From assembly GCA_026414975.1 (NCBI GenBank), contig JAOAHZ010000009.1:8038-72037 (forward strand): DNA of 64,000 nucleotides, written 5' to 3'. Positions 27,001 through 36,789 of the stretch are shown piece after piece. The notes beneath the pieces are model-generated. The model searched no databases. It saw nothing but the letters and a program-made list of their open reading frames with translations, and was not told the origin of the DNA. The position numbers were made by a program, and so were the translations under genes. The DNA is from Bacteroidia bacterium (lineage in GTDB: Bacteria > Bacteroidota > Bacteroidia > SpSt-205). The stretch's first letter is position 1; every line of letters begins with the position of its first letter.

Positions 27001-30000
27001 ATGAAAGATGAGGTGGTGCTTCCCATGCGTAGTCCTCTTCTTTTTGAGGTGAGCTGGGAGGTCGCTAACAAAGTAGGGGGCATTTTTACGGTCTTAGTCG
27101 GCAAGGCACCGATTGTGTATAGGCAGCGGGAGGGCAAGTATTGGCTCATTGGTCCTTACCTATCTGGGCGCCTTATGCATTGGGAAAGCAGCCCCCATTT
27201 GTATAGGGATTGGTGTGAATATTTCCTACGGGAGCAGGGCATCCCCGTTCACGTAGGTCACTGGAAGATAGAGAACCTTCGCCTACCGACTTTGCTTATA
27301 GATTTCTACCCTGCTCTCAATAGGCGAAACGAACTTTTCAAACAGTGGTGGGAAAAGTATGGGGTAGAATCGCTATGGGGAGATTGGGATTACATTGAAC
27401 CGGCGATATTTGGTTACATAGCGGGGGAAGTTATAGCCAGTTTTCGTTCATTTTATTACGGAGAAGTAGAAACCATAGCCCATTTTCACGAGTGGCTCAC
27501 GGGTGCGGGCGTCCTATGCCTCAGGGAACGGGCACCTTCTATCGCTACGCTTTTTACCACACATGCAACGGTAGCTGGACGGGCTGCTGGGGGGGCGCTG
27601 ATTCCCCACACCGAACTCACGGAATGGCTGAAGATGCGCGGGCTGCTTAGCAAGCATACCTTAGAGCGAGCGGCGTGGCAGCAAGCGGATGCTACCACCA
27701 CAGTCAGCGAGATTGTCAGCCAAGAAGCAGCTCACTACTTGGGACATGGAGCCGATGTGATTACCCCTAACGGGTGGCAGCCCCCTAATGATTTACCCAC
27801 AAAGGCGGCTCGCGAATGGCTGAGTAGCCTCGCAGTACGCTGGGGATGGACCGAGTCTCCCGCTTGGCTTTTACATAGCGGTCGTCCTGAGCTAGAAAAC
27901 AAAGGGACCATCCCTCTCATAGAAGCTATTCGCCGATACAAATCCGAAGCTGCTCCTACGAGACCTCTCGGTGTGATATTCGCCATGCCGGGTGATGCCA
28001 TCGCTCCGCAGGAAGGTCCCAATTATCCCTTGTGGGTAAGCCACGCTTTACGCGCTCCCGAAGCCGACCGCCTCCTCCAACTTTTACAAAGTTTAGAGCT
28101 CTGTAACTCAGACCCTGTCCGAATCGCCTATCTCCCGGTGTACTTAGAAGGTAATGACGGCGTGGTCAATCTGCCTTATTATGCTCTACTTTCCGCAGTG
28201 GATTTTACAGCGTTTCCATCCAAGTACGAGCCTTGGGGCTACACGCCTCAGGAAAGTTTAGGAATGGGGATTCCTACCCTTTCGGCGTATCAAGCAGGCT
28301 TTGGACGGTGGATGTTGGAGCATGTCAAGCCGCTGCCTGAAGCGCTTTCTCTAATAGACTATGAGAAGCCAGACCCTGCCGGACAGATTCTACGCTGGAT
28401 TCGTCGTCGGGTGGATACCCCAGCGGAAAAACGAGAGACTTTACGACAAGAGGCGCGACGCTTAGCTGAATTCACGCTTTGGGTTCATTTCTTGCCTTTC
28501 TACCAGCAAGCCTACCAAGTTGCTCTCGCTAAATCTCAGGCGCGCCTATGGCATAGATTAGCCCCTCTCCCCTCACCCGAGAGGAGGAGCTTTATTTGGC
28601 ACCGGGCTTTTTTCCTTCCGAATCTGCCTGAACCTCTGCGTCCCCTACGCATACTCGCCTACAATCTCTGGTGGAGTTGGAATCCTGAGGCACAACAGCT
28701 ATTCCGCACCATTGATCCTGAAGCCTGGGAAGCCTATGAGAATCCTGTCTGGCTTCTGAATCATACCTCAAGCCAACGCTGGATGGCCCTCAGTCAAGAA
28801 GAGGATTTTCTTCGCCAGCTGCGCCAGGTTCTGCAACGATTCCAGAGTTATATGGCTCAACCCTCCGCTCCAGATAAACCAAAAGTGGCTTATCTATGCA
28901 TGGAGTATGGCCTGGCCAAATGCTTACCTTTTTACTCGGGGGGATTAGGGGTATTGGCTGGAGATTACCTCAAAGAGGCTAGCGATCAAGGCTATCCGAT
29001 CATAGGCATAGGCCTATTGTATCGGCGAGGCTACTTTCAGCAGCGAATCAGCCCCGAGGGAGAGCAGCTCGCAGAGGATACACCCCTTCGCTTTACAGAC
29101 CTTCCCATAGAGCCTGTACGAGAAGCAGACGGACGCTGGCTTCACCTACAGATTGAGTTAGGCGAGCAAATCTTGCTTCTCAAAGTTTGGCGCGTTCATG
29201 TAGGAAGGGTACCTCTTTATCTTCTGGATGCGGACCTCTCAGAGAATCCTCCTGAACTGCGGGAGGTTACGGCTCGTCTGTACGAAGGCGATATGGAACG
29301 CCGCCTCCAGCAGGAGCTCGTCTTGGGCTTTGGCACCCAAGCCTTAGTGCAAAGCCTGAATCTTTCCATAGACCTCTTTCATTACAATGAAGGGCACCCA
29401 GCCTTTCATCTCTTAGCGTTATGGACTGATCTGCGAGAGAAAGGCTATACTCTCCAAGCTGCTCAAGAGAAAGCTCGCTTGCGCACGATATTTACCACAC
29501 ACACCCCCGTACCAGCTGGCCATGATGTATTCCCATTTGACCTATTACGCCGCTATCTTTATCCTAAAGTTCGGACGCTGGGGCTGCCTTGGGAACAGTT
29601 CCTTAGCCAAGGGGAAATGCCAGACGATCCTGGTAAGTTTTCTCTCACCGCCTTTTGCCTGCGCTATGCGGGACGAACAAACGGCGTGAGTCAGCTTCAT
29701 GCGCAGGTATCCCGACGCATGTTTGCCGAACTCTATGAAGGCTATCTACCCCAAGAGATTCCGATTCAAGGCATCACCAATGGCGTTCACGTATCAACTT
29801 GGCGGGCACCAGAGTGGAACCGATCCCGACGCACTTGGGAAACACATCAAACCTTGCGTAATGCCCTAATCAACTATCTTAAGCGGCGATTATTACCTGA
29901 ACCGGGACCAGTGGACTACTTAGAAGCAGCCCGTGCATTTTTCACCGGCTTAGAAGAGGGGGTCCTTCTAATAGGTTTGGCGCGCCGATTCGCTACCTAC

Positions 30001-30981
30001 AAGCGACACAACCTCTTATTTGAGCAGGAGAGCCTGAAAAAGCTCTTCGCAGAGGAGCCCATACGCCTCATCGTAGCAGGAAAGGCTCATCCACGCGACG
30101 AAGCAGGAAAAAAGGTGCTAAAAGAAGTCTGGTGGCGCAGCTTAGAACCGCCCTTTTGGGGAAAGGTGCTTTTCGTGCCTGATTACGACATGCAGTTAGC
30201 CCGTTACCTGATTCAAGGTGTAGATTTATGGCTCAATCTCCCTATTTATGGGCATGAAGCCAGCGGTACAAGTGGCATGAAAGCCGCTCTCAACGGGGTC
30301 CTCCACCTAAGTGTACCCGACGGATGGTGGGCCGAAGTCATCCCTTCCGAAGCAGGCGGGTGGAGCATTCCAGTATGTCCGTCAGAGGAGCCTAAAATAC
30401 GAGACGCCTGGGAGGCTACGCAGTTAGCCTACCTTTTGCGAGAGGAAATAATACCCCTTTATCGGTCCCGCGACCCCCGAGGCATCCCCATGGAATGGGT
30501 GGCCCGGATGGAACGGGCCCAAACCTATGTCGTTTCGCGCTTCTCTACTCATCGCATGCTTGATGAGTATGAGGACTCGCTCTATCAACCCGCTCACAGA
30601 AGTTTGGCTAAACTTTCATCGGATGTTTTCCTGCGTAGGCTGTCCTTGATTGAATCTATCAAAGAAAACTGGTCAACCATACGTATTCGCTCAGTCGTCC
30701 TTCCGCCTTTCTCAGAAAGAGCACACTCTACCCGAGTGCCTTTCTCTGTAGAAGTGGTAGTAGAGACCGATAGCATACCTTCGGAAGTCCTTCGGGCAGA
30801 AATCGTCTTTGAATCAGCGAAGGGTGAAGTCCATGTCTTTCCCCTTAGCCTCGTAGAAGTGGGACGATTCCGGGGTGAGGTAACGATAGACGATGCAGGC
30901 GTATATCACTACGCTATACGGGTGTATCCTTGGGACCCATTTCTTGAGGAACGGCTTTGGAACTGGGTCAAAGTGGTTTAG
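27001..30981 (+). CDS. Bifunctional-architecture protein: N-terminal GT3 glycogen synthase fused to a C-terminal GT35 alpha-glucan phosphorylase (1326 aa)
   Basis: N-terminus: 'LFEVSWEVANKVGGIFTVL', 'HFHEWLTGAGV...FTTHATVAGR', 'KYEPWGYTPQESLGMGIPT' (GT3). C-terminus: 'KVAYLCMEYGLAKCLPFYSGGLGVLAGDYLKEASDQG', 'EASGTSGMKAALNGVL' (GT35 PLP-Lys region). No stop codon anywhere in between. Confidence 0.85.
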   Translation: MKDEVVLPMRSPLLFEVSWEVANKVGGIFTVLVGKAPIVYRQREGKYWLIGPYLSGRLMHWESSPHLYRDWCEYFLREQGIPVHVGHWKIENLRLPTLLIDFYPALNRRNELFKQWWEKYGVESLWGDWDYIEPAIFGYIAGEVIASFRSFYYGEVETIAHFHEWLTGAGVLCLRERAPSIATLFTTHATVAGRAAGGALIPHTELTEWLKMRGLLSKHTLERAAWQQADATTTVSEIVSQEAAHYLGHGADVITPNGWQPPNDLPTKAAREWLSSLAVRWGWTESPAWLLHSGRPELENKGTIPLIEAIRRYKSEAAPTRPLGVIFAMPGDAIAPQEGPNYPLWVSHALRAPEADRLLQLLQSLELCNSDPVRIAYLPVYLEGNDGVVNLPYYALLSAVDFTAFPSKYEPWGYTPQESLGMGIPTLSAYQAGFGRWMLEHVKPLPEALSLIDYEKPDPAGQILRWIRRRVDTPAEKRETLRQEARRLAEFTLWVHFLPFYQQAYQVALAKSQARLWHRLAPLPSPERRSFIWHRAFFLPNLPEPLRPLRILAYNLWWSWNPEAQQLFRTIDPEAWEAYENPVWLLNHTSSQRWMALSQEEDFLRQLRQVLQRFQSYMAQPSAPDKPKVAYLCMEYGLAKCLPFYSGGLGVLAGDYLKEASDQGYPIIGIGLLYRRGYFQQRISPEGEQLAEDTPLRFTDLPIEPVREADGRWLHLQIELGEQILLLKVWRVHVGRVPLYLLDADLSENPPELREVTARLYEGDMERRLQQELVLGFGTQALVQSLNLSIDLFHYNEGHPAFHLLALWTDLREKGYTLQAAQEKARLRTIFTTHTPVPAGHDVFPFDLLRRYLYPKVRTLGLPWEQFLSQGEMPDDPGKFSLTAFCLRYAGRTNGVSQLHAQVSRRMFAELYEGYLPQEIPIQGITNGVHVSTWRAPEWNRSRRTWETHQTLRNALINYLKRRLLPEPGPVDYLEAARAFFTGLEEGVLLIGLARRFATYKRHNLLFEQESLKKLFAEEPIRLIVAGKAHPRDEAGKKVLKEVWWRSLEPPFWGKVLFVPDYDMQLARYLIQGVDLWLNLPIYGHEASGTSGMKAALNGVLHLSVPDGWWAEVIPSEAGGWSIPVCPSEEPKIRDAWEATQLAYLLREEIIPLYRSRDPRGIPMEWVARMERAQTYVVSRFSTHRMLDEYEDSLYQPAHRSLAKLSSDVFLRRLSLIESIKENWSTIRIRSVVLPPFSERAHSTRVPFSVEVVVETDSIPSEVLRAEIVFESAKGEVHVFPLSLVEVGRFRGEVTIDDAGVYHYAIRVYPWDPFLEERLWNWVKVV

Positions 30982-31174
30982 CCGAGACAAAAAGCATAGG
31001 AGAGACTACCGCCCCTCTGACTGGGTCTTTCTCAGCATCTGCATAGATCCCTGACTCGGACTTCAACCCTGTAGCCGCCCAATACTCCCATTCATCTCAC
31101 TGCCTTGGCTTCCAGTGAACACTCGAGAGACTGCATTTTCCCATCGGCTCAACCGCTGGCCTCATCGCTCCATC

Positions 31175-31984
31175 TCACACCGCTACAGGAGCAGGTATGG
31201 GAGCGTGATGCTTGTAATCTATGAGACGAATATCCTCCGGAGTAAAATCCTCCAAGTCAAGACAGCGCGAATTCAGTTCTAGGCGGGGCAACGGGTAAGG
31301 CTCTCGGCTAAGCTGGAGACGAGCCTGGTCCTCGTGATTGCGGTATAAATGGACGTCTCCCAATGCGAAGATGACGCGGTGAGGCCTATATCCTGTTACT
31401 TGAGCCACCATGTGCAGCAGCAGAGCATACGAGGCGACATTGAAAGGAAGGCCTAAAAACACATCAGCGCTACGTTGATATACCTGAATAGAGAGATGAC
31501 CTGTATTCGGCTCAGCGTAGAACTGGAACAGCACATGGCAGGGAGGCAGCTTCATCTCGGGCAAATGCGCTACATTCCATGCGGAGACCAACAGACGACG
31601 ACTGTAAGGATTCTCGCGGAGGGTTTTCACGACGGCGCCCAGTTGATCATAATACTCCCCTTGATAACCTTGCCAACGCCGCCACTGGTATCCATAAATA
31701 GGACCTAAGTTGCCCTCAGCATCAGCCCATTCGTCCCAAATCGTAACTCCATGCCGATGGAGGTATTCAATGTTGGTTTCACCTCGCAGAAACCAGAATA
31801 GTTCGTATAGAATGGACTTGAAATGAACCTTTTTTGTCGTCAGCAAAGGGAACCCTTCGTGCAAGCTAATATCCAGCTGCACCCCGAATAGGCCGCGCAC
31901 ACCAACTCCAGTCCGATCCATGCGTACAGGAGCCTCCAACAGACGCTTCAGCAGAGAGAGGTAATCTCGCTCGTAGTTGCTCAT
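31175..31984 (-). CDS. thyA: Thymidylate synthase
   Basis: 'RTGVGVRGLFGVQL', 'LPPCHVLFQFY', 'SADVFLGLPFNVASYALL'. Length 269 aa. Confidence 0.9.
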   Translation of the reverse strand: MSNYERDYLSLLKRLLEAPVRMDRTGVGVRGLFGVQLDISLHEGFPLLTTKKVHFKSILYELFWFLRGETNIEYLHRHGVTIWDEWADAEGNLGPIYGYQWRRWQGYQGEYYDQLGAVVKTLRENPYSRRLLVSAWNVAHLPEMKLPPCHVLFQFYAEPNTGHLSIQVYQRSADVFLGLPFNVASYALLLHMVAQVTGYRPHRVIFALGDVHLYRNHEDQARLQLSREPYPLPRLELNSRCLDLEDFTPEDIRLIDYKHHAPIPAPVAV

Positions 31985-32032
31985 ATTATTTCAAAGTAAC
32001 GGCAAATTCAGTGCCAGATTTACACGATTCCT

Positions 32033-33568
32033 TCACAGGGCTCGGAGCCAGCTTGAGACACTCAGGTTATCCATGAGATACGAGCGGATTTGGCTCATAG
32101 GCAGACGCACTTGCTGGAGGTTATCGCGGTGGCGTACGGTCACTGTGTCATCTTCTAAGGTTTGTCCATCTATCGTGATAGCGAAAGGAGTGCCTTTGGC
32201 ATCATAGCGCCGATACCGGCGCCCAATGGAATCCTTCTCTTCATACGCTACCACAAAGTAGAACCGCAGTTCATCATACAAAGCCCGGGCTTTCTGAATG
32301 AACTCGGCTTTCCGCACTAAAGGGAAAACAGCGACTTGGATCGGAGCTATGAGAGGATGGAGCTTGAGAACGGTACGAAGCTCTTGGCCCCCTTCCGCTG
32401 TCGGGGCCATCTCCTCGGTGTAGCCTTGCGATAGGTGAGCTAAGACGAGCCGATCCAACCCTACCGAAGTCTCTATCACATAAGGAATGTAAGACCTACC
32501 GAGCGTTTCGTCGTAGTACTCTAACTTTTTACCACTGTACTGGGCGTGTCGGGAGAGATCATAGTCAGTACGCGAGTGAATCCCCTCTATCTCCCGAAAC
32601 CCAAAAGGAAATAAAAACTCTATGTCCGTGGCAGCTCGGGCATAATGCGCAAGATGGTCGTGGTCCTTGAAACGCAGCCTCTCCGGCGCAAGACCTAAAT
32701 GCTGATGCCAGCGGAGCCGTTTTGCCTTCCATTCGTGATACCAGTGGTCTTCCGTCCCTGGCTGCACAAAAAACTGCATCTCCATTTGCTCAAACTCCCT
32801 CATGCGGAAAATAAACTGCCGAGCTACAATCTCATTCCTAAAGGCTTTCCCTATCTGAGCGATACCAAAGGGGACTTTCAGCCGAGCGGTCTTTAGAACC
32901 AAGGGAAAATCCACAAAGATGCCCTGAGCTGTTTCGGGCCGAAGATAGACGGTTTGAGCTTCATCGGCTACCGCCCCTAAATGGGTAGAAAACATAAGAT
33001 TGAATTGTCGGACAGGCGTCCACTCGGTAGAACCGCTCTCAGGACAGGGAATTTTTTCCTCGTAGAGCAGTTGGGTAAGGGCCGACCAGTCCTTTTGATC
33101 TAAAGCCTTAGCAAGCTGCGCTCTAAGCCGTCGGGCCCGCTGAAAATCTTCATGCTTGTGGAGCTCGTCCGAAAGCCGCTCAAGCGGAAGTCCAGCCTTT
33201 TGCATCCGTTTTTCAACCTCTTTTTGGGCCCGATCCTCTAACCGCTGAGCGTACTCTTCTATAAGAGTATCCACCCGATAGCGTTTTTTGGAAACCTTGT
33301 TATCCACGAGCGGGTCATGGAAAGCCTCTACATGACCCGAGGCCTCCCATACACGGGGATGCATGAGAATCCCGGCATCCAGCCCGACAATGTTTTCATG
33401 AAGCTGGACCATAGCCCGCCACCAAAGGTCAGCGATATGTCGCTTGAGCTCCACCCCTAAAGGCCCATAGTCGTATATCCCCCCTATGCCCTCGTAGATT
33501 TCACTGCTGGGAAAAATAAACCCCTGTTCTTTGGCAAAAGCAGCCAGTTTTTGAAGGTCTAAACTCAT
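32033..33568 (-). CDS. glyQS: Glycine--tRNA ligase (class II, alpha2 type)
   Basis: N-terminus 'IFPSSEIYEGIGGIYDYGPLGVELK', a 511-aa dimeric GlyRS. It overlaps serS by 4 nt. Confidence 0.9.
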   Translation of the reverse strand: MSLDLQKLAAFAKEQGFIFPSSEIYEGIGGIYDYGPLGVELKRHIADLWWRAMVQLHENIVGLDAGILMHPRVWEASGHVEAFHDPLVDNKVSKKRYRVDTLIEEYAQRLEDRAQKEVEKRMQKAGLPLERLSDELHKHEDFQRARRLRAQLAKALDQKDWSALTQLLYEEKIPCPESGSTEWTPVRQFNLMFSTHLGAVADEAQTVYLRPETAQGIFVDFPLVLKTARLKVPFGIAQIGKAFRNEIVARQFIFRMREFEQMEMQFFVQPGTEDHWYHEWKAKRLRWHQHLGLAPERLRFKDHDHLAHYARAATDIEFLFPFGFREIEGIHSRTDYDLSRHAQYSGKKLEYYDETLGRSYIPYVIETSVGLDRLVLAHLSQGYTEEMAPTAEGGQELRTVLKLHPLIAPIQVAVFPLVRKAEFIQKARALYDELRFYFVVAYEEKDSIGRRYRRYDAKGTPFAITIDGQTLEDDTVTVRHRDNLQQVRLPMSQIRSYLMDNLSVSSWLRAL

Positions 33569-34833
33569 AGGTACTCCGATTTTAGGTAAGGCTGTAAAGC
33601 AGAGGGAATGCGGATGCGACCATCAGGAAGCTGATGGGTCTCTAACAAACTAGCAACTATTCGCGGCAAAGCCAGGGCACTTCCGTTGAGAGTATGGACA
33701 AGGGCCGTACTTTTTCCACGACGATAGCGTAGTTTCATGCGATTAGATTGAAAAGTTTCAAAGTTGCTAATAGAGCTCACTTCTAACCAGCGCTGCTGAG
33801 CAGGACTCCATACCTCCACATCGTAAGTTTTAGCCGAGGCGAAGCTCATATCTCCTCCACATAGCAAAACAGTCCGATAAGCCAGCTCCAGCTTTTCTAC
33901 CAGAGACTGCACATAAAGGCGCATCTCTTCCAGAGCTGGATAGGAGTTCTCTGGCGTGGTTATCTGCACAATTTCCACCTTATCAAACTGATGGAGTCGG
34001 TTGAGCCCGCGCACTTCTTTACCGTAGGACCCTGCTTCTCGGCGAAAACAAGGTGAGTATCCACAAATCTTGAGAGGCAGTTGAGATTCCTCTAATATCT
34101 CATCCCGGTAATAGTTAGTGAGGGGCACCTCAGCGGTCGGGATAAGATACAGCTCATCTAAGGGCACGTAGTACATTTGAGCGTCTTTGTCGGGAAGCTG
34201 GCCCGTTCCGAAGGCGGTGTCGGTATTGACGAGAAAAGGGGGCTCCATTTCCACATAGCCCGCCTTTTCCGCTTCATCCAGAAAAAACTGGATAAGGGCG
34301 CGCTGGAGCTTAGCCCCGGCCCCTACATAAAACGGAAAGCCTGAGCCGGTCACCTTCGCACCCCGAGAGAAATCTATAAGACCTCGTTTTTCAGCGAGCT
34401 CCCAGTGCGGCAACCGTCCGTCTGGAGGGAGGAGAGGTAAAGGACCCGTATGGACTACAACATTGTCCGCTGCTGAACTCCCCGATGGTACAGATTCATG
34501 CGGAGGATTAGGCAAGCGAACCAAAATTTCCTCCATTTTCGCTTCTAAGTTGCGCATTTCGGCTTCATAGCTGGGAAGCCTGTTTTTGATAGATTGACTC
34601 TCTGAGCGAAGCGTTTCAGCTTGGACCGCATCGTGGTTGCGCATGGCTTGACCGATAGCTTTAGACAGCTCGTTGAGGCGGGCTCGGGTATCATCTATGC
34701 GTTTTTGGAGCTTTCGTCGCTCTTCATCGTAAGCAAGAAGCTGCTCAATAAGGGGAGCTGCCTGTAGACCCTTTTTAGCGAGAGCTTGAACTATGAAGTC
34801 GGTTTCGGCCCGCAAACGGGAGATTTCTATCAT
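33565..34833 (-). CDS. serS: Serine--tRNA ligase
   Basis: N-terminal coiled-coil arm, class-II motifs, 422 aa. Confidence 0.9.
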   Translation of the reverse strand: MIEISRLRAETDFIVQALAKKGLQAAPLIEQLLAYDEERRKLQKRIDDTRARLNELSKAIGQAMRNHDAVQAETLRSESQSIKNRLPSYEAEMRNLEAKMEEILVRLPNPPHESVPSGSSAADNVVVHTGPLPLLPPDGRLPHWELAEKRGLIDFSRGAKVTGSGFPFYVGAGAKLQRALIQFFLDEAEKAGYVEMEPPFLVNTDTAFGTGQLPDKDAQMYYVPLDELYLIPTAEVPLTNYYRDEILEESQLPLKICGYSPCFRREAGSYGKEVRGLNRLHQFDKVEIVQITTPENSYPALEEMRLYVQSLVEKLELAYRTVLLCGGDMSFASAKTYDVEVWSPAQQRWLEVSSISNFETFQSNRMKLRYRRGKSTALVHTLNGSALALPRIVASLLETHQLPDGRIRIPSALQPYLKSEYL

Positions 34834-34956
34834 GATGGGGCAAAGTTAGAGGGGAAGGCGGGACTCATTTTGGAGAAAAATAGCTTAGGCCTTTCCTCAG
34901 CCAAAGAGATTATGACTCCAAGTATAAATCCATTTCTGAGCCTCCTTGGGTTGAGC

Positions 34957-35193
34957 TCAGCGAAAGGCATCTACCCAAACGAGGACTTCCACGGGTTGAG
35001 TTGTGCGCACGGCCACGACGTCTATTCGGGCTGTCAAATTCTCGTAGGAGGGGTTCTCGGCTAGAAATAGCTCTATAGCACGCCGAAGTCCCTTTTGCTT
35101 TCGCATGCTTATAGACGCCTCGGGATGCCAGGGGATGCCCGCTGTGAGCGTGCGCACTTCTACGAAAGCTAACTCCCCTTCATGCCAAGCCAC
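34957..35193 (-). CDS. UPF0102/YraN-family protein (endonuclease-like); the annotated ORF is N-terminally short and the family N-terminus is encoded upstream in frame (see findings)
   Basis: 'GELAFVEVRT...RIDVVAV' is the YraN core. Translating upstream in frame gives '...GERIAADFLRQRGYKILFQRWRYGIYEIDIV', with no ATG/GTG/TTG before the GTG at 35193. Confidence 0.6.
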   Translation of the reverse strand: MAWHEGELAFVEVRTLTAGIPWHPEASISMRKQKGLRRAIELFLAENPSYENLTARIDVVAVRTTQPVEVLVWVDAFR

Positions 35194-35291
35194 GATGTCT
35201 ATCTCGTAGATTCCATACCTCCAGCGCTGAAAGAGGATTTTATAGCCCCGTTGCCGAAGAAAGTCAGCCGCTATCCTCTCCCCCCTCCAGC

Positions 35292-36125
35292 TTATATCCC
35301 GCTTGGACGCAGACGGCGTAGCTCTTCCAGCAGTTCTTTTTCTTTGGGAGTTAGCTGTTTAGGCAAGCGCACTTGTACGCTCAAGTATAAGTCGCCTGGA
35401 GGATTCCCTGGCCATCCTTTGGATCGCAGACGGAAGGTATGCCCATTAGGGGTTTCTGGAGGAATATTGATGCGCAGGCGCTGCCCATCTAAGTGCCTGA
35501 ATTCCACTGTGCCACCTAAAAGAGCTGTGTAAAGAGGTACCTCTAAAGAGGCATGCAGGTCTTTCCCTTTCAAGGTGAAGATAGGATGCGGTTGGAGGTC
35601 TAAATATAGCAGAAGGTCGGCTCCGCCTGGGCCTCGTCCTCGTAACCTAAGCCTTGTGGTAGGTAGCGTACCAGGACGCAGAGGCACTTCTACGATCGGA
35701 CCGCCTACTTGAATCGTCTTTTTACCGCCGATATAAAGCTCTTCCAAAGTAACCGGCAAGCGGTATTCTACCTCCCGATTTCGCCGTAGGAAGTCCTCCC
35801 CAAAAAACATGCGGAAAAAGTCCGAAAACCCCTCAAACCCAGGAATATCTTGCCAGCGGCCTTGAGTAGAAGCCTGACCCATTTGCTCGTACAGCCGCCA
35901 ATCCCTGCCAAGCTGATCATACTTAGACCGGGTTTCGGGATTACTAAGAACCTCATAGGCTTCCTGTATTTCTTTGAATTTCTCTTCTGCTGCTTTGTTC
36001 CCAGGATTAGCGTCAGGGTGATACTGACGAGCTAATCGGCGGTAAGCCTTCTTTATTTCCTCTTGAGAGGCGTTTCGGGGAACGCCCAAGATTTCATAGT
36101 AGTCTTTGAAGCCTACGGATGCCAT
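35292..36125 (-). CDS. CbpA-like DnaJ-family co-chaperone (J-domain plus DnaJ C-terminal domains, no zinc finger)
   Basis: J-domain '[33 protein letters not shown]', with the HPD motif. Length 277 aa. Confidence 0.85.
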   Translation of the reverse strand: MASVGFKDYYEILGVPRNASQEEIKKAYRRLARQYHPDANPGNKAAEEKFKEIQEAYEVLSNPETRSKYDQLGRDWRLYEQMGQASTQGRWQDIPGFEGFSDFFRMFFGEDFLRRNREVEYRLPVTLEELYIGGKKTIQVGGPIVEVPLRPGTLPTTRLRLRGRGPGGADLLLYLDLQPHPIFTLKGKDLHASLEVPLYTALLGGTVEFRHLDGQRLRINIPPETPNGHTFRLRSKGWPGNPPGDLYLSVQVRLPKQLTPKEKELLEELRRLRPSGI

Positions 36126-36177
36126 AAAAGTTTATCATAACAAAGGTACAGCCGACAAGCCCTATGGGCAAACTTAT

Positions 36178-36211
36178 ATGACTTTATGTCCGTTATTTGC
36201 CAAAAAGTCAT
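36178..36211. promoter_or_regulatory. 8-bp perfect inverted repeat ATGACTTT-N18-AAAGTCAT in the divergent cbpA/hsp20 intergenic region (candidate operator)
   Basis: Seen directly in the sequence. It sits ~40-70 nt upstream of the hsp20 start and ~55 nt upstream of the cbpA-like start. Confidence 0.3.
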
Positions 36212-36277
36212 GAAACCGCCTTATGGTACGATTTGTGCCGAAGACCTCCTATGCAAACTACAAAAAAGGAGAAGCCT

Positions 36278-36727
36278 ATGAGCAGCCTAGTCAGACTGAT
36301 GGATTGGACCGAATCGCTCCCTGAGCGAGTTCGCACGATGCAAGAGCTGGTAGAACGAATGTTCAATGAAACAGCCAGCAACTTCACGCGTTTGGAGACC
36401 TTTGTACCACGCGTGGATATCGTAGAGACCGACAAGTCCTACGAGGTCCACTTAGCTGTGCCAGGTATGAAGAAAGAGGACTTCAAGGTGGAGCTCACTG
36501 AAGGACGCCTCACGGTCTCTGGCGAAAGGAAGTTCCACAAAGAGGAGGGGGACAAAAAGACTTATCATCGGGTGGAGACGCAGTATGGTTCTTTCACCCG
36601 GAGCTTCATTCTCCCAGAGGATGTGAAGGTGGATGCGGTATCGGCTGAGTATGCGGACGGTATCTTGAAGCTCCACCTGCCGAAGGATGAAAAGAAGGCC
36701 CAAGTAGCTCGGATTGAAGTGAAGTAA
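36278..36727 (+). CDS. Small heat-shock protein, Hsp20/alpha-crystallin family
   Basis: Alpha-crystallin domain (PRVDIVETDKSYEVHLAVPGMKKEDFKVEL...GILKLHLPK). The ATG at 36278 is preceded by AAAAGGAG; the alternative ATG is at 36251. Confidence 0.85.
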   Translation: MSSLVRLMDWTESLPERVRTMQELVERMFNETASNFTRLETFVPRVDIVETDKSYEVHLAVPGMKKEDFKVELTEGRLTVSGERKFHKEEGDKKTYHRVETQYGSFTRSFILPEDVKVDAVSAEYADGILKLHLPKDEKKAQVARIEVK

Positions 36728-36749
36728 GACCGGATGGGCCGAAGCGCTT

Positions 36750-36784
36750 GCACCTGTCCCGAATGGGGCAGGTGCGTTTTTTTT
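36750..36784 (+). terminator. Rho-independent terminator after hsp20
   Basis: GCACCTGTCCC-gaat-GGGGCAGGTGC followed by G+T8. This 11-bp stem has one G·U pair. Confidence 0.75.
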
Positions 36785-36789
36785 GCCGT

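Noticed and set aside
36748-36789. N-terminal extension of pyrE, starting at TTG 36748 in the ORF track
   Set aside because: The extension is encoded by the hsp20 intrinsic terminator hairpin plus its T8 run. The canonical PyrE N-terminus aligns from the GTG at 36790.
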